This document shows, in pieces, positions 1 to 11,670 of a DNA stretch of 64,000 bases (positions are counted from its first letter, which is position 1; each line of letters starts with the position of its first letter). Made by a program: the position numbers and the translations under genes. Source of the DNA: Carcharhinus amblyrhynchos (taxonomy: Eukaryota); contig OZ336875.1 of assembly GCA_965287045.1 (NCBI GenBank), positions 40,238,001-40,302,000 of the forward strand. The letters are read 5' to 3'. A model generated the notes under the pieces. The model was not told the origin of the DNA. It worked only from the letters and a program-made list of their open reading frames with translations, and searched no databases.

Positions 1-210
1 ATTACAAGGATTATATTTAGTAAGCAACAGATAGGTAATTAGGCTGATTTGTATTTTATGATATTTATGGTCTCACCCCAAAAAAATCTTAACAAAACAT
101 AGATCAGAAAAATTATTGTTATCTCCCTATTATGTGGGTACTATTTAAATAGTGGAATTGCACAAAAGTATTACATGAAAGTAATTTATTGCACCTGTAC
201 TGCTATATAC

Positions 211-363
211 CTCTTGGACTAATCGATTTATTTTCAACTGCTTCTCTTTCTCCAACATCTCCTCTTTTTCTTTTGCGAGCTTCTGTTCAAATTCCAGCTC
301 CTTCTTGTTCTTCCTCTGGTCAAATAATATCTCAGCCTTGGACCTCTTCCTTTCCTTTCCTCT
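211..363 (-). CDS. USH1C: Harmonin exon, about exon 17 (isoform-b coiled-coil 2)
   Basis: ttgttag|AGAGGA...CAAGAG|gtat; 153 bp, phase 0-0. Encodes RGKERKRSKAEILFDQRKNKKELEFEQKLAKEKEEMLEKEKQLKINRLVQE, matching recalled human harmonin-b RKNKKELEFEQKLYKEKEEMLEKEKQLKINRLAQE. Confidence 0.95.
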
Positions 364-1532
364 CTAACAAGGTTCAATATGAAGATGCATTCATGAAAAA
401 ACCCTGAATTACAAGCAGCCCAAACTACTCAAAAAATTAAACTCACTACAGCAATAGAACTATGCTAGAATGTGCACAAACTAAAAAAAAATCAAATTCT
501 CATTCCTCAACACATGCATAGTTCAAAGCATGCAAGTGAACACAACATAGACACACAGCAAATTAACACAGGAACCATTAAGACACTTTTTCTTCTTTTT
601 CTGCATCTCCTTTCATAGTTCCTTGCTTCAGTTGCAAGTAAAAGAGGATTAGGGCCATAATAAAAGACATTAGTGATAGTGATACTCTTCAGTGTCAGCT
701 CTTCATAGTGTTCAGCTTTAGTCTACACATTGCTTCCATCTAGGATCATAAGTACGGTGAGGTCAATCTCACCAGTTAGTATCCTAACTCTCCTTAGCTT
801 GGAGGATGATTGGAGGCTAGTGTGAGAAGTGGGATGAAGATCAGTAAAATGAGCAATGGTTAATTAAAAAGGGCTGAGCCCAAAATTATTCCAGCATTTC
901 TGGCTACTTGTATTTTCATTTGCACCATTGGAATTTATTTAAAATCAAGTCTATCACTTTGTCTTGCCATCGACTGGCCCCTGGACAATGCATTGCCTAA
1001 TTCCATTTTTTCAATGTCCATAATCATGCTGAGCTAATGCAAAAATGACACAGCATTTTCCTGTTTGAACATTGCAATCATTGAGATTGGTGGAAACAAT
1101 ACTGTATGTTTGCAATTCCTAGTATGGTCAACACCAGTTCAACATTTGTGGCATATTTCTTCTTCTAATGACTTTTTACTGTTCGATGCAATCATGTTAC
1201 TTAAAATACATTAATTATGCAAAATCAAATAAAATCAAGAATTTTGCTAATTACTGATTATTAATTTGCTAATTTTTGGATGTGTGTTCCTGTTTAATTA
1301 TGGTTTCAATCTCACTAAAAAATCTAATTTGAATGCAGTTTGCATTGTATTTTTTAAAAAATGACAGCAGAGGTCACCAGCAAGGCACTGACTTATTTAC
1401 TATGGACAATAACTAATCAGCCATTGCTATACTAAAAATGAACTCGTTTTAAATTGGACACTTTAAAGATTAACTTCAAGTCTGACAACACCTGGGAAAA
1501 TACAGGGAAAACTCACATCCCCAGAATGTATA

Positions 1533-1658
1533 TGGTGAGTTTTCCTGTTCCGCCCATCATGGGAATCGGAACAGACAAGGGGCGGACCATGGAGGTTGGT
1601 TGACCTCGAATGGGATTTTCCAGTTTCGGGGCAAATGCAGCCAGAAAATCCCACTCCT
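1533..1658. mobile_element. Small MITE, about 125 bp, same family as 27135-27260
   Basis: Resembles the reverse complement of 27135-27260 (shared ggaccatgga...tgggatttt...aaaatccc); degenerate terminal inverted repeats (TIRs). Confidence 0.5.
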
Positions 1659-1954
1659 TGTGTCATTACAAAAATGTAACATGAAAGACCATAAAGCAAA
1701 CAATGTGGCGAGTTACAAACAAAAATAATGGTATGTTTATGAAGCGGATAATCTAAATTCTCTCTTATCAACTTCTTTTCACTCTCAGATATTTCCATAA
1801 ATTTAAGCAAACTTATGGAATTTTCATCCAGTTCAGAAGAAAGTCTCTTTAAATGTGGATTTAAAGATTTATGATAATGATCCATGATTATGGGATCCCC
1901 ATCAGCTTGCTCAACAAATATACTAAAACCTGTAATAAGTGGGGATATACTGCA

Positions 1955-2363
1955 AAGGTGACAGCAGTAGCTCAATTGGTAGTTCTTGCTTCTGAGATTG
2001 TATATTCAAGCCTCGTCTCAGGATGCAGGCACAAAAATCAAAATTGACACTCCAATGTACCACTGAGGGAATGCTGCATTGTCAGAGGTGCTGACTTTCA
2101 GGCGAGATGCTAACCCAAGGACCCATATTTCAAGGAACAATAGGAGATTTATTGCTGGTAACCTAGCCAGTACTAACCTCTTACTTGCATCACAAAAACC
2201 GAAATCTGCTCATATCACAATGCTGCTTGTGGAAGCTTGCTGTGTGCAAATTGGCTGTTAGGTTTTCTACATTACGAACGGGTCTATGCTTCAGAAGTAT
2301 ATCCTTGGTTCTACAGTGGTTCATCCTGTTGTCATGAAAGTTGCTATATAAATGCAAGTCTTC
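1955..2363 (+). mobile_element. DeuSINE (SacSINE1/AmnSINE1-like)
   Basis: tRNA-like head (gtagctcaattggtag...ttcaag), Deu-domain-like gagggaatgctgcattgtcagaggtgc...ctttcaggcgagatg, and tail ataaatgcaagtctt. Confidence 0.65.
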
Positions 2364-2367
2364 ATTG

Positions 2368-2708
2368 TTCTCTGGAGCAGTGTACTGGTGGCTGGGGAGT
2401 GTAAACTGCGAGTGTTCTGTGTATTTTTTTAAATTACATTGCTGGGTTGTGGGTTTTTTCCCTTTGTGCTTTCCATAGAGGGTCCTAAGTGCAAGGGCTG
2501 TTGGGAAGGGAGTGAGGGAGTATAAAAACAAGTGCTCACCTGGGGATCAGTCTCAATATTCTCTGGAGCACTGTACTGGTGGCTGGGGAGTGTTCTGTGT
2601 TTTTTTAAATTACATTGCTGGGTTGTGGGTTTTTTCCCTTTGTGCTTTCCATAGAGGGTCCTAGGTGCAAGGGCTCTTGGGAAGGGAGTGAGGAAGTATA
2701 AAAACAAG
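2368..2708 (+). repeat. Two direct repeat units (about 2368-2532 and 2559-2708), each ending in gTATAAAAacaag
   Basis: Near-identical text in both units, with one internal deletion of about 12 bp in unit 2. Confidence 0.9.
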
Positions 2709-2879
2709 GCCACAGTAGATAGTGGGCAGTGTCAGGAGTGGGCATTGGAGTGAGGTGGGTGCTGAGTGAGTACTGCAAGGGCTTTGGCTCACAGGGCTTA
2801 GGCGAGGCAGGGTTAGGCAAGGTGAGTTACTGGTCAAGTTTTTCAAAGTGTGTCCATAGGTCTGAGGGTAGTCAAATAA

Positions 2880-3786
2880 ATGGCAGGGACCATGGGGAGA
2901 CATGTCAGCTGTGTAAGATGCAATATGTGGGAGTTCTTGGAGACACAGCATCTCCGGCGAGTCCACATCTGCACCAAATGTCTGGAGTTGCAACGTTTGA
3001 GGGCCCGGGTTAGACAACTGGAGTTGAGGCTGGAGGGTTTATTTTTAGTGAGGGAGAATGAGGCATTAATGAATAGGAACCAGATTCAAGAGGGGATCTC
3101 AGAGTCGAGGAGGGGGGATGGGTGGATTACAGTTAGGGAAAAGGAAAAAGAGGAGTAATGTTCCAAAGGCTACCCCAGGGGTAGTCTCTCAAGATAGCAG
3201 AGGTAAGGCACCGACTGAGGTGGAAAGGGCACGAGGGGAAGAGGAAAATGCCCCAGAGGGAAGGAAGGGGGCTGGATGTGAGATAGTGGTGGGGGACGGG
3301 AGGGTTAGAGGAGTTGATAGGCGGTTCTGTGGGCAAAAGCGGGACTCCAGGATGGTGGTCTGCCTCCCTCAAGCAGGGGTACAGGATGTGTCGGAGAGGG
3401 TAGAGGGAATCTTGAAGGGCCAAGGGACACAGGCGGATGTAATTATACATGTAGGAGAGAGGGACATAGGAAAGAAGAGTAGGGGGGAAATACGTACGCA
3501 GTTCAGGGGGTTAGGAGCCAGGCTGAAGTGTCGGGTCTCCAGGGTGGCAATCTCTGGGCTGCTGCCAGTGCCCAGCAATAGCAGGGATAAAAATAATGAG
3601 ATCCTGCAGCTGAATGTGTGGCTGAGGGATTGGTGCAGGACAGAGGGTTTTAGTTTTGTTGACCATTGGGAAGTCTTTGCAAAGGAAGGGCACTTGTATA
3701 AGAGGGATAGGGAACACTTAAATGGTAAGGGGACACATATTTTAGCTGGGAGGTTGGCTGGAGTGTTTAGGCAGGGTTTAAACTAG
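2880..3786 (+). pseudogene. CR1 ORF1: CxxC...CxxC zinc finger, leucine zipper and SGNH-type esterase; one frameshift near 3120-3160
   Basis: CVRCNMWE...HICTKC followed by heptad leucines, then IVVGDGRV, CLPQA, IIHVGERD, ISGLLP, FVDHW and DREHLN. Confidence 0.85.
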
Positions 3787-3787
3787 T

Positions 3788-6634
3788 ATGGGGGGGGGTG
3801 GGGTGGGGAGGAGAGAGACAGCTCAGGCACTGGGAGTGAGTTGGAGATCAGGGTAAGTCTAGTTGATAGGGAACTCCCCCAGGAGAAGGAGGATCCGAGA
3901 GGGACTGAGGGTCTTAGGTGCATCTGTTTTAATGCGAGGAGTGTGACAGGAAAGTCAGATGAACTTAAGGCCTTGATGTTCGTGAGGAATTTAGATGTGG
4001 TGGCAGTGACAGAGACGTGGTTAAAGGAGGGGCAGGACTGGCAGCTAAATGTTCCAGGGTATAAGTGTTTTAGGTGTGATAGAGGAGGTGGAGTTGCACT
4101 CTTAATTAGGGAGCAGATCACAGCGGTGCAGAGGGAGGATAACATGGAGGGGTTGGAAATTGAGTCTTTGTGGGTGGAGTTGAGGAATAAGAAGGGGGCC
4201 ATTACTATGCTAGGAGTGTACTATAGGCTGCCCGATAGCCCTCGGGCAGTGGAAGAGGGTATATGTAGGGACATTTTGGATAAGTGTAGGAAGAATAGGG
4301 TTGTTGTAGTGGGAGATTTTAATCTCCCTGGGGTGGAGTGGAAAGTGCCTAGAGCTGGAGGGTCTGACGGGGAGGAATTCGTAAGATGTGTATTGGAAGG
4401 ATCCTTGCAACAGTATGTAGATAGCCCGACTAGAGAGGGTGCGATACTGGATTTAGTTCTGGGAAATGAGCCGGGTCAGGTGGTTGAGGTTGCGGTAGGC
4501 GAACATGTGGCTAATAGTGACCACAACTCCGTCTACTTTAGGATGCGAATGGAAAAAGATGAGAGGTGTCCTAAGAGGAGGTGCTAAATTGGGGGAAGAC
4601 TAGATACAGCTGGATTAGGCAGGAGCTTAGGGATACAGACTGGGATAGGCTGTTGGAAGGCAAGACCACATTAGGCATGTGGGAATCTTTCAAGGGAAAA
4701 CTGCAAAAGGTGCAGGAAAGGCATATGCCAGTTAGGATGGGAAAGGTAGGATTAGGGAGCCGTGGATTACTAGAGATATAGAAGACCTGGTTAGGAAGAA
4801 ACGAGAGGCGTATGTCAGGTCTAAGCAGCTGGGAACAGAGAGCGTTGGAGGAATACAGAGAGTAGGAGGGATCTCAAACGGGGAGTTAGGAGAGCAAAGA
4901 GGGGGCATGAGATGGCTTTGGCAGGTAGGGTTAAGGAGAATCCAAAGGCATTTTACTCCTATCTTAAGAACAAAAGGGTGGCTAGGGGTAAAATCGGTCC
5001 TCTCAGGGACAAACATGGGGAATTGTGCTTAGAGGCAGAGGGAATGGGGGAGATCCTGAATGAATACTTTGCGTCGGTATTCACGAAGGAGAGGGGCTTG
5101 ATGTCTAGTACGGTCATTGAGGGAGTGGTAGACCGATTGAAAGATCTATTGATTACGAGGGAAGAAGTGTTAGGGCTCTTAGAGGGCATTAAAACCGATA
5201 AATCTCTGGGGCCTGATTGCATTTATCCTAGGCTGCTTAGAGAGGCGAGGGATGAGATTGCTGGGCCTCTGATGCGAATCTTTGTCTCTTCTTTGGACAC
5301 AGGTGAGGTCCCAGAGGACTGGAGGATAGCAAACGTGGTACCGTTGTTTAAAAAGGGTAGGAGGGATAGCCCGGGTAACTATAGGCCGGTAAGCTTAACG
5401 TCAGTGGTAGGTAAGTTGATGGAGAGGATTCTTAGGGATAGGATGTATGTGCACTTGGCGCGTTGCAATCTGATTAAGGATACGCAGCATGGCTTTGTCA
5501 AGGGGAAGTCTTGCCTTACGAATCTGGTAGAATTCTTTGAGGAGGTGACAAAAACGGTTGATGAAGGACGAGCCGTTGATGTCATCTATATGGATTTCAG
5601 TAAGGTGTTTGACAAAGTCCCTCATGGTAGGTTGGTACAGAAGATTAAAGCTCATGGGATATGTGGTCAGGTATCTAGATGGGTAGAGAACTGGCTTGCA
5701 AAGAGGAGTCAGAGTAGTTGTGGAGGGGTCTTTTTCTAGCTGGAGGTCTGTCACTAGTGGTGTGCCACAGGGCTCGGTACTAGGACCTCTTCTCTTTGTA
5801 GTGTATATAAATGATTTGGAAGAGGGATTGGGTGGTGTGATCAGCAAATTTGCTGATGACACCAAGATGGCTGGATTGGCGGGCAGTGAGGAGCAGTGTC
5901 TGGCAATACAGCAGGATATTGATAGGCTGGTTGATTGGGCAGATACATGGCAAATGGACTTTAATCCGGATAAATGTGAAGTGATGCATTTTGGCCGGAA
6001 TAATGTAGGGGGAAGTTATATGATAAAGGGTAAGCCCGTAAGGAGTATAGAGTCGCAGCGAGACCTGGGGGTGCAAGTGCACAAATCTTTGAAGGTGGCA
6101 GTGCAAGTGGAGAGTATGGTGAAGAAAGCCTATGGTATGTTAGCCTTTATAGGAAGGGGTATAGAATATAAGAGCTGGAGTCTAATGTTGCAGTTGTACA
6201 GAACGTTGGTTCGGCCGCATTTGGAGTACTGCGTACAGTTCTGGTCGCCTTACTACTGGAAGGACGTGGAGACTCTGGAGACAATGCAGAGGAGGTTTAC
6301 TAGGATGTTGCCTGGTATGGAAGGTCTGGGGTATGAGGAAAGATTGAAGAAATTGGGGCTCTTTTCCCTTGAAAGACGCTGACTGAGGGGGGATCTAATA
6401 GAGGTATATAAGGTTATGAAGGGTATAGATAGAGTAAACAGAGGTAAGCTATTTCCTATAATAGAGACACGTAGGACAAGGGGCCATGGACTTAAGGTGA
6501 GGGGGGAGCGGTACAACACAGATATTAGAGGGAGGTTTTTCACACAGAGGGTAGTGGGGGTATGGAATGCTCTGCCAAGTAAGGTGGTGGAGGCAAACAC
6601 GCTAGAATCCTTTAACAGTAACTTAGGCACATGA
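3788..6634 (+). pseudogene. CR1 ORF2 (APE endonuclease and reverse transcriptase), several frameshifts and a stop
   Basis: Collinear ORF pieces 3841-4587, 4581-4781, 4912-5739, 5696-6382 and 6416-6634. Confidence 0.93.
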
Positions 6635-6883
6635 CTGAGTTGGAGATGGGTGGATATAGGAGAACCTTTTAAATAAGGGTCATTAGCATTGGGGCGTCCC
6701 TGGTAATGTAAATAGGTATGGTATGATAATGTTTTTTTCTTTCATTCACAGGTTTTAAGTCGGTCCACCTTGTGTCCAACGAGGGGCATACAGGCGATGG
6801 GTCGTACTGGGGCTGCTCTTGGTTGTTCAAGATTGGCCTAATGCTTCATGTCGTTAGTGTGTGCCTAAACTGGACAAGATACT

Positions 6884-7214
6884 GGGCAAGACAGCTCAGT
6901 GACTATCGCTGATTGCTGTGCAGACACATGGATTTGGGCTGGTGTCTGTGAGAGTTTGTGCATTCTCCCCGTGCTTGCGTGGGTTTTCTCCAGGTGCTCC
7001 GGTTTCCTCCCACACCCCAAAGATGTGCTGTTAGGCTGATTGGCAGGAATAAATTGTCCCTAAATCAGTTTCCCTCAATCTGGATGGCCATGAAACATTA
7101 GATAGGGGTCATGGGTAGAGAGGTGGATTGGTGGTGTTGAGATGCTGGCGTGGGCTCGTTGGGCCGAAGGGCCTGTTTCCTGGGCTGATTTTGTTCTTTG
7201 TTTTATTTTGTTCA
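6884..7214 (+). mobile_element. Divergent V-SINE-like segment with CR1-type 3' end
   Basis: V-domain (cattctccccgtgcttgcgtgggtttt...ccggtttcctcccaca), gggccgaagggcctgtttc hairpin and a TTTTGTTC-like tail. Confidence 0.75.
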
Positions 7215-8712
7215 TTTTTTTAATGCTTTTTGGACAACTTTACAGTGTACTGGTGGCTAGAGGTCTCTAAGGGGACAACCTCAGTCACCTAAATCTTGCT
7301 GATGGTCTTATGTGATCAATTTCTCTGAGCCTTTCCTAGAATTGGTCATAGATTAAATCCTCTAGATTTAGCCTGATGGGAAAGGATTGGGGAAATAGTT
7401 CAAGTGGAGAGATTCTATTTCCCACCAAGTTCCCACTGATCTGCCATTTAATGTTGCTAGCTATTGATGACACTCCCATTAGATTCCAAAGGACTGTCTT
7501 CCTAAGTGGCAATTGGATGACATAAACAGGACAAAGGCAACATTTTAAACCACTTTTGAATGGGGTGCTGTCAAAACCTCCCCACAAAATATAGTCATCA
7601 GGAAGCCAACATTACTCACTGAAATAAGTTAAAAAGAATTCTTTAAAAAAACTAATTTTGCATCTCTGGGTCTCACAGTAGAATTCTGCTGCTCAGGGCA
7701 CCCTGACTCAACAACACCGCCCCCCCCCGCCCATTTCATTTTGCTACCAGCAGTTTTCTGTTACCACCTTGCCCCCCCCACTCCACCAGTCAACTGCTGC
7801 TTACTGCTTGAGATGGAGAAGCAGTTGATTGGAGGCATTCAAGTGTAGTCTGGTGGCTAAAAATTGCTAGGCCTCCAATGAAGGATTGCCAGCTACATCT
7901 GGCTTCCTGCTGAGAGTTAAAATTTTTCTTTCACCTGGATTTATGAACATTTATAGTTAGAAAGGTAATATGCAAACTCATACTGTCACCTAATCGAAGA
8001 GAACATGAAGGTAGCAACAATTTTTCTCACTATATTTTCCAACTGCTTATATGATAATTGAACTGAACCATGCACAGCAAGTTTGCTGATCTTGATTCAG
8101 GAGGATATTGGGGTATTAATCCTGGCAATGAATTCACTCATAACCAATATCTAGTGATACCTGTGGAAATGATGCTTATGGGTGCCTTGGAGAACAGAAC
8201 TAGGCATGTTCTGATGTCTCCTGCAGTGGAATAACATGTAGTCATTCACTCAAGAAGTATCAATGAGTAATCACACTTAATTGAGCCACTGTAGGGCTGT
8301 TTATATCCCTGGAAGTTTTTGGAATCTGAATCAGTACCTTCAGGAGAGGAATGGCAGTGAAACAAAATGAAGGTTGCAGGCTGTGTATCGCAAAGTACTT
8401 GAAGTGCTGTAAAGCTGTGTCCTTGAGTTTTGGATATATCTAGCTTATCAGAAGCATGGACATGCTTTTGGCTTTAGTTTTGTTTACTTGCAAATGAAAG
8501 GCATTGTTCAAATACTTTGATTATAACGTACCATAAATGCACAAGCTACTTTCTTTGGAAGGTCATTATCACACAGCAAAGTGATGAAATGTATTTTCAG
8601 GAAATGTCGGAAAGGCAAAGAGCATTGTCAAAAGAATTAGAACCAAAGTAAATTTAAATTAAGTCCACACAAAGAGTCAAAAGCAACATGCCACACTATT
8701 AAAATTTTCTAC

Positions 8713-8762
8713 CTTCCGGGTGGTTGGATATTTGCCTTCATATCGATAAAACCACCCAATTG
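8713..8762 (-). CDS. USH1C: Harmonin exon, about exon 16 (first isoform-b exon)
   Basis: ttatag|CAATTG...CGGAAG|gtag; 50 bp, phase 1-0. Encodes (T)IGWFYRYEGKYPTTRK versus human SFGWFYRYDGKFPTIRK. Confidence 0.95.
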
Positions 8763-9728
8763 CTATAAGCGAAAGAAGAAAAATCACGTTGTTAGTACAA
8801 TGTAGCATGAATTATTTATTCAACATGGATTGCAGCCCATGGCGTGTCTGCACATATACAGAGGGAATACAGCTCCTCCTGGGATTGCCATACTTTCTTC
8901 AGAGAATCAGACACTGGAATTAAAGAATTATTAAGCCTGGTGGAATGCTGAACAACCTTTTGCCTGTACCTTACCTTACAAGTTTTCCTTTTATCTGGAG
9001 AATTCTGTCACCTCATATTGTCTCACTTTTTGAGATAAGTGTTCCAGTCTCTGTTCTCTGGATGGTTGTACCAGATGTGCTGGGGGACCATTCAGAAGAC
9101 CCCACGCACTGACTACCTGGGAATTGTCCAAGAAATTTCAACTTTCATTCAGCAACTACCTTTCGTCTGGAACACTCCAAACCCTGATTTAAAAGTGGTG
9201 ATTTTGGATGGTTCTGACTTACTTACCAGAATAATTACTCAGGCAAAGTTAGGATAAAATCTGTTCCAACTCCTGAGGAGCTATACAATTGTCACCCATA
9301 CTGACAGCCACCCCGACTACCTCACTATGCTTCCCACCCTTAAACTACACCCCACGCTACCTCTGCTGAAAACCTTCATTGCCACTCCCTCACCACCCAC
9401 CCCCATTGCTCACCCTGCCAAATCCTTCAACTACATCCCTGACTTCCACTGTTTACACCCATTCCCAACCCCACAACTGTCCTCCTGACTCACCTCTGAA
9501 TACACACCCCCACCATTCCCAACCCTTGGCTACCCATTTGTCACGCAACTACTATCCTCACCCAACTACAACTCCCTTTCCCCAGCCACCCTCTTGAACC
9601 TCCAACTATTCGATCTGACATCCCAACTAACCTCCCTACTTCCAGACTATTCCCCCATGACTGCATGATGACCACCCACACAACCAACAACCAACAACAA
9701 CTACTGACTAATCGGCCCTCTTTCCAAT

Positions 9729-10034
9729 CACAGTGGTTAGCACTGTTGCCTCACAGCACCACAGTCCTGGGTTTAATTCTAGCCTCAGGTCACTGTGTGT
9801 GTCAAGTTTGCATGTTCTCCCCATGTCTGTGTGGGTTTCCTCTGGGTGCTCCAGTTTCCTCCAACACTCCAAAGATGAACAGGTTAGGATGATTGACTAT
9901 GTTAAATTGTCCCTTATGCAGGGGGATTAACAGGGTGAATGCGTGGGGCCATGGGGATAGGGCCTGGATAGGATTGTTGTCAGTGCAAACGCGATAGGCT
10001 GAATGGCCTTTTCTGCACTGTTGGGATTCTATGA
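9729..10034 (+). mobile_element. HE1-like V-SINE
   Basis: Head cagtggttagcactg...gggtttaattc, V-domain, and CR1-like tail gaatggcct...ggattctatga. Confidence 0.9.
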
Positions 10035-10808
10035 AACCTCCTAACTCCTTGCAACCCACCCGATGACTTCCCCCTTCCCACCCGCGCCACTGACAATGCT
10101 ACTCCCTCAGCCTTACACACTTACCTTTTCTCCCTCACTGGTCAAAGTGGCTCAAACCTTTAAATTTGCTGGAATACAGTTGCTAGTGCCTTAAAAAGGG
10201 TTTCTGCAAGTCTTCTCCTGATGTTCCTACACAACAAGAAAATGACTCAAGGTGCAAACATGCTGTACATTTCTCGACAGGCCTGGGTCAGAATGCTGGG
10301 CAAGAAATGTGAATCTCCAGTGTAAGATAAGTAAATAGGATTGGAGTGCAAATCCAATGATGATTGGATCCTTAGAGGATTCAGCTCCTTATGTCATATG
10401 AATGTATTTCAGTTTCACTTATTTCTGTTGACGTCTACAAGATACTGACTAATGAAACATGGAAAATGTCTCCATGTTTTAAGAGGTTGATTAAAATACC
10501 TCTGATTTTGTCTTCAATAAGCAACTGACTATTCCATTAGATCCACCTGAACTTTTGATAATAGCTACGGGATATACACTTTTGTGTTACCAGAAGATAC
10601 ATTTGATGTAAAACAAAATTAGTTATGGCACATCTCTTAAGCAAGTTCTGAACAAATTTTGTAGGCAGGAGAATGAAATTCTGTGCTGCTCTGTACAGTC
10701 TGCAGCACATAGTATCTTAACATTTGGCAATACTTGTTTTGATTGACAAGTGGAATTTGAATGCAGCACACATTTGCAGACCCTAAACTATAATATTGGC
10801 TACCAAAC

Positions 10809-10885
10809 CTGTTCCTTTTTCTGCTCCATGCTAGGCTCAGTCACCGCATCCACTGCCAGCTGATGATCATCAGTTTCCTGGTCTG
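10809..10885 (-). CDS. USH1C: Harmonin exon, about exon 15 (isoform-a linker exon)
   Basis: ttcctag|CAGACC...GAACAG|gtttg; 77 bp (74 bp from the second AG), phase 1-0. Encodes (T)DQETDDHQLAVDAVTEPSMEQKKEQ, resembling human YDQGVEP...TEEQGEQ in position, size and phase. Confidence 0.8.
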
Positions 10886-11670
10886 CTAGGAAAGAAGAGT
10901 AATGGAAGGAGAGAACAACATTTTGTTTACAAAATATATAATGGCGGAACAATGGTGTTATCATTCTATGTCTTCTGAGCAAAAATAAAATTAGAATTGT
11001 CACAGAAATAGCCAATGTCAGACTGCATCAATGCACATTGTCAGACCTTCCCTCACCTCTAAGAAAACATTGTAACAAGCAAAGAAAAAAATACACTACA
11101 TCTACAATGAAATATTTCCCTGCAGGAATGGTGTACTTTACAGACTATATCAGCAGTACCTTTTTCAAAAGCCAGAGGCATTTTCTGATCTTTCTTTCCT
11201 TTACGTACTGACCTTGAAGAGCTTGCTGATCTGCGGTTCCATGTACAGATATTGAATGCAATCTGAACATGGATTTGGTACTGATCCCACTCAATACGTT
11301 GGTTTCCAAAAAAGGAAATCCGTGATTGATTTTCAGAAACAAGATTATCCCACCATTCATGTTGGAAGTGCTATACCTGTGTCATTATGGAGCTGTTGGC
11401 TTATTTTTCCCTATTGGAAGTTTTGTGTTCTACTTGCTGTCTGCCAGCAAATTAAAATAAGAACGTTGTACGGTAGAAAATTGCACATTTCTGCAATTCA
11501 TAATGAATTTGTGTGGTATTCCAGAAAGTAGACATTAGGATTTGGGATTGGCAGTCTCAACAAAAATATTCTGAGTAATGGATTGTATGATGATGCTTAG
11601 CAAAGAAAATATTATATATATTATTTATATTTATTCCATATATATTTATTATATCTATTTATATTATATA

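Larger units (their letters stand above)
2709..6880 (+). mobile_element. Near full-length CR1 LINE, frameshifted
   Basis: ORF1 has a zinc finger, leucine zipper and esterase. ORF2 has an APE endonuclease (NARS, TETW, GDFN, SDH) and RT (NYRPVSLTS, QHGF, GVPQGSVLGP, FADD). Confidence 0.95.

Noticed and set aside
587-625. Possible 39-bp in-frame cassette exon (QGTMKGDAEKEEK) between the isoform-b exons
   Set aside because: Weak AAG acceptor, very weak AAA|gtgtct donor and no homology I recognise; it would need RNA-seq support.
1463-1975. 170-aa minus-strand ORF
   Set aside because: Non-ATG start, overlaps a MITE and a SINE head, and has no recognisable domain.
9300-9720. C-rich ORFs encoding Pro/Thr/His-rich peptides (similar tracts near 38300-38700 and G-rich 60750-61020)
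   Set aside because: Low-complexity strand-skewed sequence without a repeat unit or coding evidence.
11145-11440. Minus-strand open frames ending at a good donor (CAAG|gtcagt near 11213)
   Set aside because: No acceptor gives a stop-free, phase-compatible exon, and there is no similarity to harmonin.
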